A DNA stretch of 64,000 nucleotides from Macrostomum hystrix (lineage: Eukaryota; Animalia; Platyhelminthes). The DNA lies in the NCBI GenBank assembly GCA_950097015.1, contig CATNEN010000039.1, positions 6,386,001-6,450,000 of the forward strand, given 5' to 3'. Under the pieces are notes generated by a model, which ran no database searches, had not been told where the DNA came from, and was given only the letters and a program-made list of their open reading frames with translations. The position numbers and the translations under genes were made by a program. Shown one piece after another: positions 13,701 to 26,339 of this stretch; position 1 is the first letter of the stretch; each line of letters opens with the position of its first letter.

Positions 13701-13901
13701 GGTGTGATGGAGTGGGTTAGGGTGGTACTTTAGCACTATAGCATTATAGCAAATTATGGCACTACAGCACTCCGATATCACTAGACAAGACAATGTTAGA
13801 CCAACGAATAGAATCGGAAACTCAAATAAAATTTCGCCACCATCGATTTCGCAGGCTCACGAATTGCTCAGCCATCGCCATCGAGGCCGGAGCAGAACTG
13901 A
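1760..13901 (+). CDS. CBFA2T: ETO/MTG8/CBFA2T (nervy) family transcriptional corepressor, ~488 aa, 9 coding exons
   Basis: Exons 1760-1787, 1924-2135 (acceptor uncertain: GAG at 1921-1923 or TAG ending 1866), 2761-3038, 8860-9125 (acceptor uncertain), 10861-11036, 11709-11853, 12424-12614, 13472-13595, 13855-13901; phases are consistent. NHR1/TAFH ([16 protein letters not shown]...[29 protein letters not shown]), NHR2 (AWSQLDP|[16 protein letters not shown]), NHR3 ([23 protein letters not shown]) and MYND finger ([33 protein letters not shown]). AATAAA at 13935. Confidence 0.9.
2146..2695. repeat. Minisatellite, 20-bp unit TGACTCTCCTGACACCCTAC (ETO intron)
   Basis: ~27 copies starting 10 bp after the donor at 2136; 240-bp higher-order repeat (2281 vs 2521). 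Confidence 0.95.
3175..4612. repeat. Minisatellite, 20-21-bp unit GAGGGTGTCAAGAAGAAAGCA (ETO intron)
   Basis: ~68 copies; source of the spurious SRRKQRV ORFs. Confidence 0.95.
5012..8585. repeat. Minisatellite, 20-bp (10+10) unit CCTCAGTTCACTCACTYTCA (ETO intron)
   Basis: ~3.6 kb pyrimidine-rich array. Variant units recur at ~730-750 bp spacing. Confidence 0.95.
9290..10420. repeat. Minisatellite, 17-bp unit CATTGACTCACTTCCYC (ETO intron)
   Basis: ~65 copies, each containing TGACTCA. Confidence 0.95.
10590..10800. repeat. AT-rich minisatellite, 21-bp unit AAATATTCACATAAATAAGAT
   Basis: ~10 copies. Confidence 0.9.
11045..11512. repeat. Minisatellite, 19-21-bp unit GGCTGTGTGATTGGATGGA grading into GGCTGTGTGATTGGGGTGGGG
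   Basis: Starts ~8 bp after the donor at 11037; the unit sequence changes directionally along the array. Confidence 0.95.
12655..13385. repeat. G-rich minisatellite, 16-18-bp unit GGGGATGAGATTGGGGA
   Basis: ETO intron between the NHR3 and MYND exons. Confidence 0.95.
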
Positions 13902-14259
13902 CTCAACGAGTCAATCTCGGCAGATGCCAACAAAAATAAACTTATTTTTTTTCATTAAGATGTTTTCGCTTTTAATAACTTTGTCTCAAAGCGGCTATCC
14001 AAAATTACTTTTTAACACTCGTTAACTTGCTGCTTTTGACAAAGCTCGACAGCTCGACAACAGCTGGGCACAGCACGCTTTCCTTTGTTTTTCTGCACTG
14101 ATGCACTGACACGGAGTTTAGAGTACTGTGTCCGATGGCACAAGTATAAAGCTGCACAATCTGTACATCTTAGTACATTGTATTGAAGCTTTCTGTCTTT
14201 AGTGTGTGTCTGTACAAATGTAATTAGAAGAATTAGATATTCTATAACAAAATATTTAT

Positions 14260-14858
14260 GCAACCACCTCACCCTGCCAACCACCTCGCCCTGCCAAACA
14301 CCTCACCCTGCCAAACCACCTCACCCTGCCGACCACCTCACCCTGCCGACCACCTCACCCTGCCAACCACCTCGCCCTGCCAAACACCTCACCCTGCCAA
14401 CCACCTCACCCTGCCGACCACCTCACCCTGCCGACCACCTCACCCTGCCGACCACCTCACCCTGCCAACCACCTCGCCCTGCCAAACACCTCACCCTGCC
14501 GACTACCTCACCCTGCCGACCACCTCACCCTGCCGACCACCTCACCCTGCCGACCACCTCACCCTGCCAACCACCTCACCCTGCCAACCACGTCACCCTG
14601 CCAAACCACCTCACTCCGCCAACCACCTCACCCTGCCAACCACCTCACCCTGCCAAACCACCTCACTCCGCCAACCACCTCACTCCGCCAACCACCCCAC
14701 CCTGCCGACCACCTCACTCCGCCGACCACCCCACCCTGCCGACCACCTCACTCCGCCGACCACCTCACCCTGCCGACCACCTCACTCCGCCAACCACTTC
14801 ACTCCTTTAACCACCCCACTCCGCCAACCACCTCACCCTGCCGACCACCTCACCCTGT
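14260..14858. repeat. Minisatellite, 17-18-bp unit CCACCTCACCCTGCCRA
   Basis: Lies between the convergent 3' ends of ETO and OST-alpha. Confidence 0.95.
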
Positions 14859-15321
14859 CAAAATTCTGCCACGCTACCTGTCTACGTCAATCGTTCCTCT
14901 TTTAACCGAAAAAAGCTTTTTTAAACGAACTATAGAATTTACTTTATTCGACAATCCAATCCAATCCAGTGTCTAAAAATATTCTGGCGTCTCTTTCATC
15001 GTGTTGTGTATTTACTACGAGTATAAAGCGAAATAAAGAGATTTTAATTTACTGCTTTGGGCAGTCGCGTCATTATTTGTGGACCCATCAAATTTCTTTT
15101 AAGTAATGCTTAGCCTTTGAATCGCTTGTTCGAAGCAGCAATTACAAGAATACTTGCAAATAGAGTGGCAAATTTGTGGCACAAGCTACGAGGGTACATG
15201 GATTGAGAATGGCACATTATATTACGACAATAAAAATTTGGACACATTGTGGCAGCATTAAAAATAATGTAGCAGAGCAGTAAACGAAAAAATATAATCA
15301 CACTTTCTAGTCCCAACAGAA

Positions 15322-16260
15322 AAGCCATCTAATCAAACACTGGACTCCCCAGACCAGCCATCTAATCACACATTGGACTCCCCCAGACCAGCCATCTAAT
15401 CACACATTGGACTCCCCAGACCAGCCATCTAATCACACACTGGACTCCCCAGACCAGCCATCTAATCACACTTTGGACTCCCCAGACCAGCCATCTAATC
15501 ACACTTTGGACTCCCCCAGACCAGCCATCTAATCACACTTTGGACTCCCCAGACCAGCCATCTAATCACATTTTGGACTCCCCAGACCAGCCATCTAATC
15601 ACACTTTGGACTCCCCAGACCAGCCATCTAATCACACACTGGACTCCCCACAGGCTAGCCATCTTGTCACACTTTGGACTCCCCAGACCAGCCATCTAAT
15701 CACACACTGGACTCCCCAGACCAGCCATCTAATCACACTTTGGACTCCCCAGACCAGCCATCTAATCACACTTTGGACTCCCCCAGACCAGCCATCTAAT
15801 CACACTTTGGACTCCCCAGACCAGCCATCTAATCACATTTTGGACTCCCCAGACCAGCCATCTAATCACACTTTGGACTCCCCAGACCAGCCATCTAATC
15901 ACACTTTGGACTCCCCACAGGCTAGCCATCTTGTCACACTTTGGACTCCCCAGACCAGCCATCTAATCACACATTGGACTCCCCAGACCAGCCATCTAAT
16001 CACACTTTGGACTCCCCACAGGCTAGCCATCTTGTCACACTTTGGACTCCCCAGACCAGCCATCTAATCACACATTGGACTCCCCAGACCAGCCATCTAA
16101 TCACACATTGGACTCCCCAGACCAGACATCTTATCTCACTCTACTCTGGAGTCTATGTCAATCAGCCATCTTATCACACTCTACTCTGGAGTCTATGTCA
16201 ATCAGCCATCTTATCACACTCTACTCTGGAGTCTATGTCAATCAGCCATCTTATCACACT
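15322..16260. repeat. Minisatellite, 33-34-bp unit (CCAGCCATCTAATCACACTTTGGACTCCCCAGA) plus three 39-bp units next to the OST-alpha stop
   Basis: 267-bp higher-order repeat (supplied ORFs at 15495 and 15762). Confidence 0.95.
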
Positions 16261-19200
16261 TCACCGTCCAAACAACACGGAGGCCTGCGAGCTGGTCCGT
16301 TGAAAGGCATCCGAGTCGCCAATCAGGGCGTACTCGGACATCGGCCTGTCGTCCCGGCTGTACACTCGGCGGGCCAGCAGGAACAGGACTGCCATCTCGG
16401 GGGCCAAGCAGGCCGCGTTAATCCCTGTGGCATTCAATTTTAAAAGGACTTTCTCATGATAAAATGCGATAAAGACGTAGAGGAACCTGCAGCACCCCAC
16501 ACTGAACTCACAGGCGGCCTTGGCTGCGCTGGACCACAAATGGTCGCATTTGATGACGCTGAATGCGCCGAGGATGTTAAAGATGAGAATCTGGATGTGG
16601 CCAAACAGAATGGCCAGCTTCATTAGACCAAACTTGGCTGTGATGCTGTGGCCAGCCAGAGGACCCCGGGAGACTCGAAAGATGAGGATCAGGCCATAGA
16701 AAGCCAGCGTAGTGGAGATGGTGCGCACCACAACGAACACGGACTCCATCTCCTTGGTAGCCACGGCTAGGGACTGTTTTGAATTGTTATTCGAGTGAAG
16801 CTTCTCTATGAATTTTTCGAAACATATCGGAAAGAGTAAATAGTGCATTAGTTTGCCAGAATAAGGCTTCAGGAAGACTGTACACTATCATATAATTTAT
16901 TAAGCTCTTAAATAGCTCGCATATAAGTAGTGTATTAGACAGTAACATAGCAAATCAACTTTAAGGCAAAGACTGAACCTGAGATTCGAACTCATGACCT
17001 ATCCTCGAAACTGAGCAACACAGCAAAATGTAATTTTAGCCATAACTGTCTCACGCTACTTGCAGTAGCTTTAACCAGATTAAACCCAGTTCTTTATATT
17101 GCTTTTAATCTGCCAAACTAGCTCGTGTTTAGAAATTACAAAACTCACATCGGAGTCGATGGCTATGACGGTGATTAGAAAGCTGACCAGAGGCGGGGCG
17201 ATGATGAATTGCAGCAAAAGCAGATAGATCTTTATTATATTTGATCTGCAAGTGATATAATTTAGCTCTGCTTTACAATTAGCTGTGAATGATGCTACTA
17301 ACAGTAGTACAAAAAGCTTGGCATTCAAGACCGCACCTGCTGGGAGCCACGTCAGGCAAGCAGGGGCAGCAGCAGCAGGCAGGCGGACTGCGCAGTGGGA
17401 ATTTGATCCCATTAGTCTGCAGATATTCAAGCATCTGCTTTCGGCCGCCAAAGTAGAACTGTGTTATGTGCATGAACTTCAGACAGCAGGTGGCGAAATA
17501 GCTGCGATTGTCAACGAATGATCCAATTGGGTTATGAAAATGGCTGATCTAACATGATCACAGCTAACGTGAGCTCACATTGTGTTCACAAAGTCCACCA
17601 GAATTGCAGACCGCGGCACACACAGATTGATTAGCGAGGTAACGCAGAAAAACTGCAACATATTTATTGGGTCTGGGTTATTACACGCGCAAAAATCACC
17701 GCATACATGAGCACCTACTCACCGAATAGATGAGGACCTACTCACCGGATAGATGAGCACCTACTCACCGGATAGATGAGCACCTACTCACCAGATAGAT
17801 GAGCACCTACTCACCGAATAGGCGAGAACCTACTCACCGGATAGATGAGAACCTACTCACCGGATAGATGAGCACCTACTCACCGGATAGATGAGCACCT
17901 ACTCACCGGATAGATGAGCACCTACTCACCGAATAGGCGAGAACCTACTCACCGGATAGATGAGAACCTACTCACCGGATAGATGAGCACCTACTCACCG
18001 AATAGATGAGCACCTACTCACCGAATAGATGAGCACCTACTCACCGAATAGATGAGCACCTACTCACCGAATAGATGAGCACCTACTCACCGAATAGATG
18101 AGCACCTACTCACCGGATAGATGAGAACCTACTCACCGGATAGATGAGCAACTACTCACCGGATAGATGCCCAGCAGCCAAAAGACCCTGATTGCCTGCT
18201 GCCTGTCGCGATAATTAGCCAGCAACTGCAGCACATCGAACAGGTAGAGCAGGCAGGTCAGGACAGCGCACAGTGATGCGACAGTGATGGCAGCTATCGA
18301 GTCTGCAGCACCGGCTTAGAGAAAAATAGTTGATAAATTATTTGATGGAATGCTTTATTCTGAATAGCGCACTGCCCTTCACTCTGAGTAGCGCACTGTC
18401 CTTCACTCTGAGTAGCGCACTGCCCTTCACTCTGAGTAGCACACTGCCCTTCACTCTGAGTAGCACACTGCCCTTCACTCTGAGTAGCACACTGTCCTTC
18501 ACTCTGAGTAGCACACTGTCCTTCACTCTGAGTAGCACACTGCCCTTCACTCTGAGTAGCGCACTGTCCTTCACTCTGAGTAGCACACTGCCCTTCACTC
18601 TGAGTAGCACACTGTCCTTCACTCTGAGTAGCGCACTGCCCTTCACTCTGAGTAGCGCACTGTCCTTCACTCTGAGTAGCACACTGCCCTTCACTCTGAG
18701 TAGCACACTGCCCTTCACTCTGAGTAGCACACTGTCCTTCACTCTGAGTAGCACACTGCCCTTCACTCTGAGTAGCACACTGCCCTTCACTCTGAGTAGC
18801 ACACTGCCCTTCACTCTGAGTAGCACACTGTCCTTCACTCTGAGTAGCACACTGTCCTTCACTCTGAGTAGCACACTGCCCTTCACTCTGAGTAGCACAC
18901 TGCCCTTCACTCTGAGTAGCACACTGCCCTTCACTCTGAGTAGCACACTGCCCTTCACTCTGAGTAGCGCACTGTCCTTCACTCTGAGTAGCACACTGTC
19001 CTTCACTCAAAGTAGCACACTGCCCTTCACTCTGAGTAGCGCACTGTCCTTCACTCTGAGTAGCACACTGCCCTTCACTCTGAGTAGCACACTGTCCTTC
19101 ACTCTGAGTAGCACACTGCCCTTCACTCTGAGTAGCGCACTGTCCTTCACTCTGAGTAGCACACTGTCCTTCACTCTGAGTAGCACACTGTCCTTCACTC

Positions 19201-19558
19201 AAAGTAGCACACTGCCCTTCACTCTGAGTAGCACACTGCCCTTCACTCTGAGTAGCGCACTGTCCTTCACTCTGAGTAGCACACTGTCCTTCACTCTGAG
19301 TAGCACACTGTCCTTCACTCTGAGTAGCACACTGTCCTTCACTCAAAGTAGCACACTGCCCTTCACTCTGAGTAGCGCACTGTCCTTCACTCTGAGTAGC
19401 ACACTGCCCTTCACTCTGAGTAGCACACTGTCCTTCACTGTCCTTCAGATTTAAAAAAGCCACATGACAGTAGGGCTACCTCGAAACATCTGCGAAGAGC
19501 TGGGACCTGAGAGACTGCAGGAGTTGCTTTGCGGTTGCACAATGGGCACAGCTGCCAT
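16261..19558 (-). CDS. SLC51A: Organic solute transporter alpha-like (OST-alpha/SLC51A) multi-pass membrane protein, ~327 aa, 7 exons
   Basis: Exons 19558-19480, 18302-18160, 17652-17579, 17501-17337, 17245-17149, 16773-16512, 16424-16261; phases consistent. Hallmarks: WLLGIYP, CVPRSAILVD, YFGGRKQML, PPACCCCPCLP (Cys cluster), TAKFGLMKL, RRVY. The C-terminal stop overlaps a possible donor, so the end is slightly uncertain. Confidence 0.85.
17707..18168 (-). repeat. 23-bp minisatellite made of the OST-alpha exon end plus 5' splice site
   Basis: Minus-strand unit CATCTATCCG|GTGAGTAGGTGCT; 20 donor-site copies between 17721 and 18159. Confidence 0.95.
18358..19440. repeat. Minisatellite, 24-bp unit CTTCACTCTGAGTAGCACACTGYC (OST-alpha intron 1)
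   Basis: ~45 copies filling almost the whole intron. Confidence 0.95.
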
Positions 19559-20142
19559 CTTGTGTTGAATATTAAGAGGCTGAAAACGTAAATCGAGGTA
19601 AAAATTGTTGAGCAGTTGCTCAACAAACCAGTTTCCTACCGCGACTCGCAAACCGGGAAACTATATATATATTCTAAGCTGTGGTCCAAGCTTGAGATAG
19701 CAGGTGAGAGACTAGCCAATGTCATTATCTGACCTGCACATGCAGTGTTCACCTGTGGCTCACTGTACGCACAGCACATGCACATTGTTGCAGGTTCAAA
19801 GATCGATAAAATGAAGAACGATAGTTGAAAATGTAATAAACAGTGTGATTTTAATACTGCAAGACAGCAGTTAAATGCCCATCGTAACAGTGACGGAGTT
19901 TATTGCAAAAGTGAACTACAATAATTAAAATTAGAGCAGTAAAGTGTCCTTTAAACAGTTGGACAGTTTAAACAATAAACAAAATGAAAATAACAACAAA
20001 GCACAAGTAAATTAGAATTGAGCAGGAAAAACTGTCCGTGAGATACTACTGTTCTGCGTCTGGGCCTAGTGAGTAGTAAATAAGTAAATATTAGCTACTT
20101 TTTCTGCCCGATGCGAATCCGCTGCTTTGTACTTTTTGGTCC

Positions 20143-23100
20143 TTAATGGCCGTCGTCTTGAAAGGCGTCGCGAATACCTACAGCGCAAACCTACGGATTG
20201 GAAGGTGGGGTTAAAACTGCTGTAAAATATTATAATCGGGACTAAAATGGGATTCACAATGGACCTGAAGTTCGGGACTAAAATGGGATTCACAATGGAC
20301 CTGAAGTTCGGGACTAAAATGGGATTCACGATGGACCTGAAGTTCGGGACTAAAATGGGATTCACGATGGACCTGAAGTTCGGGGCTAGAGAATTCACAA
20401 TGGACCTGAAGTTTGGGGCTAGAGAATTCACAATGGACCTGAAGTTCGGGGCTAGAGAATTCACAATGGACCTGAAGTTCGGGGCTAGAGAATTCACAAT
20501 GGACCTGAAGTTCGGGGCTAGAGAATTCACAATGGACCTGAAGTTTGGGACTAGAATGGGATATTAACAATGGACATGAAATTCGGGACTGAAATAGGAT
20601 TCACAATGAACCTGAAGTTCAGGACACAAATGGGATATTCAGAATGGACCTGAGGTTCGAAACTGAAATGGGATTCACAATGGACCTAAAGTTCGGGACT
20701 AAAATGGGATTCACAATGGACCTGAAGTTCGGGACTAAAATGGGATTCACAATGGACCTGAAGTTCGGGACTAAAATGGGATTCACGATGGACCTGAAGT
20801 TCGGGACTAAAATGGGATTCACGATGGACCTAAAGTTCGGGGCTAGAGGATTCACAATGGACCTGAAGTTCGGTACTGAAATGGGATATTAACAATGAAC
20901 CTGAAGTTCGGGACTGAAATTGGATTCACAATGAACCTGAAGTTCGAGACTGAAATGGGATTCACAATGGACCTGAAGTTCGAGACTGAAATGGGATTCA
21001 CAATGGACCTGAAGTTCGGTACTGAAATGGGATATTAACAATGGACCTGAAGTTCGGGACTAAAATGGGATTCACAATGGACCTGAAGTTCGGGACTGAA
21101 ATGGTATATAAACAATGGGTCTGAAGTTCGGGACTGAAATGGTATATAAACAATGGGTCTGAAGTTCGGTACTGAAATGGGATATTAACAATGAACCTGA
21201 AGTTCGGGACTGAAATTGGATTCACAATGAACCTGAAGTTCGAGACTGAAATGGGATTCACAATGGACCTGAAGTTCGGTACTGAAATGGTATATAAACA
21301 ATGGGTCTGAAGTTCGGGACTGAAATGTGATATTAACAATGAACCTGAAGTTCGGTACTGAAATGGGATTCACAATGGACCTGAAGTTCGGTACTGAAAT
21401 GGGATATTAACAATGAACCTGAAGTTCGGGACTGAAATTGGATTCACAATGAACCTGAAGTTCGAGACTGAAATGGGATTCACAATGGACCTGAAGTTCG
21501 GGACTGAAATGGGATTCACAATGGACCTGAAGTTCGGGACTGAAATGGTATATAAACAATGGGTCTGAAGTTCGGGACTGAAATGGGATATTAACAATGA
21601 ACCTGAAGTTCGGGACTGAAATGGGATTCACAATGGACCTGAAGTTCGGTACTGAAATGGGATTCACGATGGACCTGAAGTTCGGGGCTAGAGGATTCAC
21701 AATGGACCTGAAGTTCGGGGATAGAGGAATCACAATGGACCTGAAGTTCGGTACTGAAATGGGATTCACAAAGGAGTTCGGGACTGAAATGGGATTCACA
21801 AAGGAGTTCGGGACTGAAATGGGATTCACAAAGGAGTTCGGGACTGAAATGGGATTCACAAAGGAGTTCGGTACTGAAATGGGATTCACAAAGGAGTTCG
21901 GGAGCAGGACAGGGATTTCAGGATGCTAGAACGCACCTGGAACACTGCGTTAGAGCCCGCCTTCACGCCGGGATGCTTCAGCACGCGAATCCTTCGACGC
22001 GGGTCGTCGTCGCCGACGTTGAGTCGCTCCACCACGAGCCGGATGTTGCAGACGTGGCACCAGCTCAGTCCCAGCGCTGGCTCGGTGCGCGAGTCCTTAG
22101 AGGCGGCAGAGTCAAATCTAGTCGTCATCTGATTGGTGCAGAGCACAGCCAGCCGACAGCTCACAGCCAATCGGGTTAGGAGGCTGGCCAGCTCAGCTAG
22201 CAGGCAGTTTCTCTGGCCGGCGTTGTCGAAATCGTAGCGAAATGGCGACGCGATGGAGTCCAGCACAATAAGGCGCACATGCGGATGGTTGACCAGAAAC
22301 TGTTCCAGGGTCTCATGGGCCAGAGTGCACAATTGCACGTGAGACAGGCAACGGAAGTAGTAGATATTAGACATGAGTTGGTCAACAGTCAGACTGCTCA
22401 CCTCGGTCAGTGCCTTCAGGTGCTCCTGGGATACAAGTTATAGGTCTGTTTGAGTAATAAACTCGACTGCTCAAATCCCAAAGACTGCTCATATTCTACA
22501 AAGACTACAAAGACTACTCATATTCTACAAAGACTGCTCATAGTCTATAAACTCAGGTCCTATAAAGTATGTTCAGATACCAAAACGACTGCTCGATCCC
22601 AAAAAACTCTAAATAAAAACTGCTCAGATCCTACGAATACTGCTCAGATCCTACGAATACTGCTCAGATCCTACGAATACTGCTCAGATCCTACGAATAC
22701 TGCTCAGATCCTACGAATACTGCTCAGATCCTACGAATACTGCTCAGATCTCTACGAAGACTGCTCAGATCCTACGAATACTGCTCAGATCTCTACGAAG
22801 ACTGCTCAGATCCTACGAAGGCTGCTCAGCTCCTACGAAGGCTGCTCAGCTCCTACGAAGACTGCTCAGCTTCAACGAAGACTGCTCAGATCCTACGAAT
22901 ACTGCTTAGATCCTACGAATACTGCTCCGACAAGATCCTTAAGGAATCGGACAAGATCCCAAAAAACAAGGAAGTCGCTCTCAGACAAGAAAACTTTGTT
23001 CCCAACCTTAGTCAACGGCCCGTCGCCGCCGTCGCCGCCCTCGCCGTCTACAGGCGATGCTGGCCGACGCTCTCGCATCCGGTCCGCCAGACGGCGACAG

Positions 23101-24907
23101 TGGGCCAGAAGGCCGGCAGCAATCTGGGCCTGCCGGCGCGGCGAGAAGCTGCCCTCCGTGTCCAGGTAGACAGCGCCGCCCTGCAGGCCCCCCAAAGCGG
23201 CTGGCAACTGCACGGAGGCGCACAGCTGCATGCACAGCTGGGTCTTGCCGGCCCCGGCAACTCCCGCCAGTTCAGTCAGCTGGCAGAGCGACAGGCCGCC
23301 GAGTAAGAGACGATCCACATCCGCCGACATGGTGGGCACGGCTCGGCTGCCCAACAATGTGGAGGGTTGAGCAGACTCAGAATGGAACAGAATGTAATCT
23401 ACGACACGAAAGACAATTAAAATTCTAGTAAAACGAAACTCGACTTAAAAAGCGGCAGCATCTTGATTTCTAAGAAACAAGTGACAAGTTTCTAAGAAAT
23501 AAACACCAGATTCCTAGGAAACAGTATAATCAAAATTAAAAAAAGGCTTATTAATTGGTATGCAAGAAAAAACAACGCGGTTTCTAGGATAATAACACAA
23601 TTAATTTGAATTAAGAGCATTCATATTTCTAGGAAACAGCTGGATTTCTAGGAAATACCCAGATTTCTAGGGAATACCCAGATTTCTAGGAAATGCCCAG
23701 ATTTCTAGGAAATACCCAGATTTCTAGGAAATACCCAGATTTCTAGGGAATACCCAGATTTCTAGGAAATAACCAGATTTCTAGGAAATACCCAGATTTC
23801 TAGGGAATACCTAGATTTCTAGGAATACCCAGATTTCAAGGAAATACCCAGATTTCTAGGGAATACCCAGATTTCTAGGAAATACCCAGATTTCTAGGAA
23901 ATACCCAGATTTCTAGGAAATACCCAGATTTCTAGGAAATACCCAGATTTCTAGGAAATACCCAGATTTCAAGGAAATACCCAGATTTCTAGGAAATACC
24001 CAGATTTCTAGGAAATACCCAGATTTCTAGAGAATACCCAGATTTCTAGGAAATACCCAGATTTCTAGGAAATACCCAGATTTCTAGGAAATACCCAGAT
24101 TTCTAGGAAATACCCAGATTTCTAGGAAATACCCAGATTTCTAGGAAATACCCAGATTTCTAGGGAATACCCAGATTCCTAGAGAATACTCAGAAACACT
24201 CAGGTTTCTAACAGCTAGATTTATAGGTTAATGCTTCGATGTCTATGAAATCCAACAAATTCACTGTAAAAAACATCTAGATTTTAGAGAAAACTACATT
24301 TACCTTAAAAGAAACAAATATTACTTTTTAGAAAACGACACCCAGATTTAAAGGCAATAATTCATCGAATTGTCGAAAAGGACAAACTTGTTTCCAATAC
24401 AACAACACCCTTAATTCTCAGAAAATCACATTTAGATCTCAGAAAACAACACTGCTGAAAACAAGTATTGTTTCAAAATGCTACTAATAGTAGTTTTATC
24501 TCAAAAGATTTACACCTGAAACAGAACACTATTTCTAGAAAACTTCGTAACTATTTGGGAATTCGAGTATATAACTAGATTCTAGTTTAATTTCTTATTA
24601 ATTTTTAATTTAATAAGAAACAGCAGCATTTCAGTAGCCAGATCTCAGACCTCCTGGCCGAATGTCGCATCAGCGTCTCGGCCGTTTCCGGCAGTTTTAC
24701 AAGACCATCGCCGCCTTCGCTGGTGCAGTTGGCCAGAGTGGACCGCACAGTCTGCTGGATGCGCCGGCATTCCTCCAGAGGCTTGTTGAGGCGAGCGGCT
24801 AGCTCGGTTGGTGACGTCAGCAGGCAGTGCCGCACGAGGCAGATTCCGCCAGCCAACAGGCAGGACTTCAGCTCCACTGACAGAGGCAAACTGCGAATGT
24901 CCTCCTC
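20143..24907 (-). CDS. RAD51C: DNA repair protein RAD51C (RAD51 paralog), ~378 aa; no genomic ATG seen at the 5' end
   Basis: Exons 24907-24651, 23346-23007, 22425-21937, 20190-20143. N-terminal EDIRSLPLSVELKSCLLAGG; Walker A GVAGAGKT followed by QLCMQLCASVQLPAALGGLQGGAVYLDTEGSF; Walker B LIVLDSIASPFRYDF; TNQMTTR; ALGLSWCH; C-terminal FQ|VCAVGIRD. Confidence 0.9.
20236..21902. repeat. Complex minisatellite, ~30-40-bp units (GGGATTCACAATGGACCTGAAGTTCGGGACTGAAAT), last intron of RAD51C
   Basis: Several sub-variants filling nearly the whole intron. Confidence 0.95.
22619..22930. repeat. Minisatellite, 20-bp unit ACTGCTCAGATCCTACGAAT (RAD51C intron)
   Basis: ~15 copies. Confidence 0.9.
23625..24190. 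repeat. Minisatellite, 19-bp unit CCCAGATTTCTAGGAAATA (RAD51C intron 1)
   Basis: ~29 copies; degenerate copies also scattered over 23460-25580. Confidence 0.95.
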
Positions 24908-26339
24908 CTATGGAATGGTGTCGGCGAGTTGGATTTTAAATGAAATGTCATCAATAAAAACTCGCACTAACTACAATTAACTGGTTTCTAGGAAAATATA
25001 TTGGTATTTCTTGGAAAACTTACAAGATTTCTAGGAAATAAAAGCCTAATTTTATGTACGAGTAGAATATAATAGGAAATTTAAGTACTTTTCTTAGGTT
25101 GCATAGAGATCTAATATGACTTCACACACAAACTAAAAGTACGAGAAACTCGTAACTGGTTTCTTGGAAACGATATGGAGATTTATTGGAAACTGTTGAT
25201 TGAATTGTAGAAAAGTATAATTTGATTTTTAGGAAGAACCGCTTGGGTTTTTAGGAAATAACCAACACGCAAATTTCTAGGAAAAAAAGCACCTTGCTGT
25301 CGAAGATAAATGACCCTGATTTCTAAAGAAACACGCTCATTTCTTAGAAAAGGCCACATTACCAGTAAAAAACAAGTTACTAGGAAATAACATCCATATT
25401 TCTAGGAAATAACACTAAGATTTCTAGAAAATGAAACCCTCTTCTAGGAAACGAAACCCAGATTTCTAGGAATTGAAATCGAGTTTTCTAGGAATTGACA
25501 CCCAGATACGAAGTACCTCGGCAATAACAGCAAATTTCTAGAAAAAACATAACACTCAGATTTCTAGGAAATAACACCTAGATTTAAGTAGTCGTACTTA
25601 AATTACGAGCTTGCTATTTGAGTAGGCTAGCATTTCTGAAAGCGATCTAGCATAACAATCGATCGAGGATCTGCTAGTGTCGATAAGTCCCAATTGCAAG
25701 TAGTCTCTTTAGCAAGGAAGGACAAGCATTTTGTGAATTGCTGTCAGCACCGGAAACAGATTACACAGAGGCAGTCACTACAAAATTGTGCAGAAAAAGA
25801 GACCAGAAAATATTTTGAGAGAGCCTATTGAGAGAGAGGGTGGGATCGAGAGTGCAGAGCGTTATGGGCAATTGAGCAGGCCACTGTGCCAATGATCGAT
25901 ATACTTGATCCGAGGAGACGAGAGTGGAGTGAGAGCATGCTCAGAATTCCTCCTATGTTTTTTAAATTCTCTGGCCATGAAGCGGCTCAGTGAACAGGCG
26001 ACCCGATTCCGAAGTACAGTTCAAATCGCGGGCCCAATGCAGATTTAGTTGAGCAATTTTTACCTCTGAGTTGGCAGGGATTTGTCTGACTAACTTCGTA
26101 AAATAAATCTGAAAACAATAAAAAGCCAAAAGAGATTTCAGAGGCTTCGTAGCATTATAAACAAGAATATCGCACAGAACAGTGAATGGCCATCTCAGGT
26201 GAAGACCTAATTGGCAATGGGACATTGTACGTGATTCGGCGCATCGGTGAGTGACGTTAGTTAACTGACCAAAAAGTAAGACGTAGAAAGCGTGAAATTT
26301 ATCGTCCTAATTTGCAACCACAAACTTCTTTCAGTACCG

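Noticed and set aside
16425-16511. Continuous ORF 16261-16848 as a single exon
   Set aside because: An 87-nt GT-AG intron that happens to lack a stop; removing it restores OST-alpha spacing. Intron retention cannot be excluded.
18294-19463. (QSEGQCAT)n Cys-repeat ORF resembling antifreeze or adhesive proteins
   Set aside because: 24-bp array lying wholly within OST-alpha intron 1.
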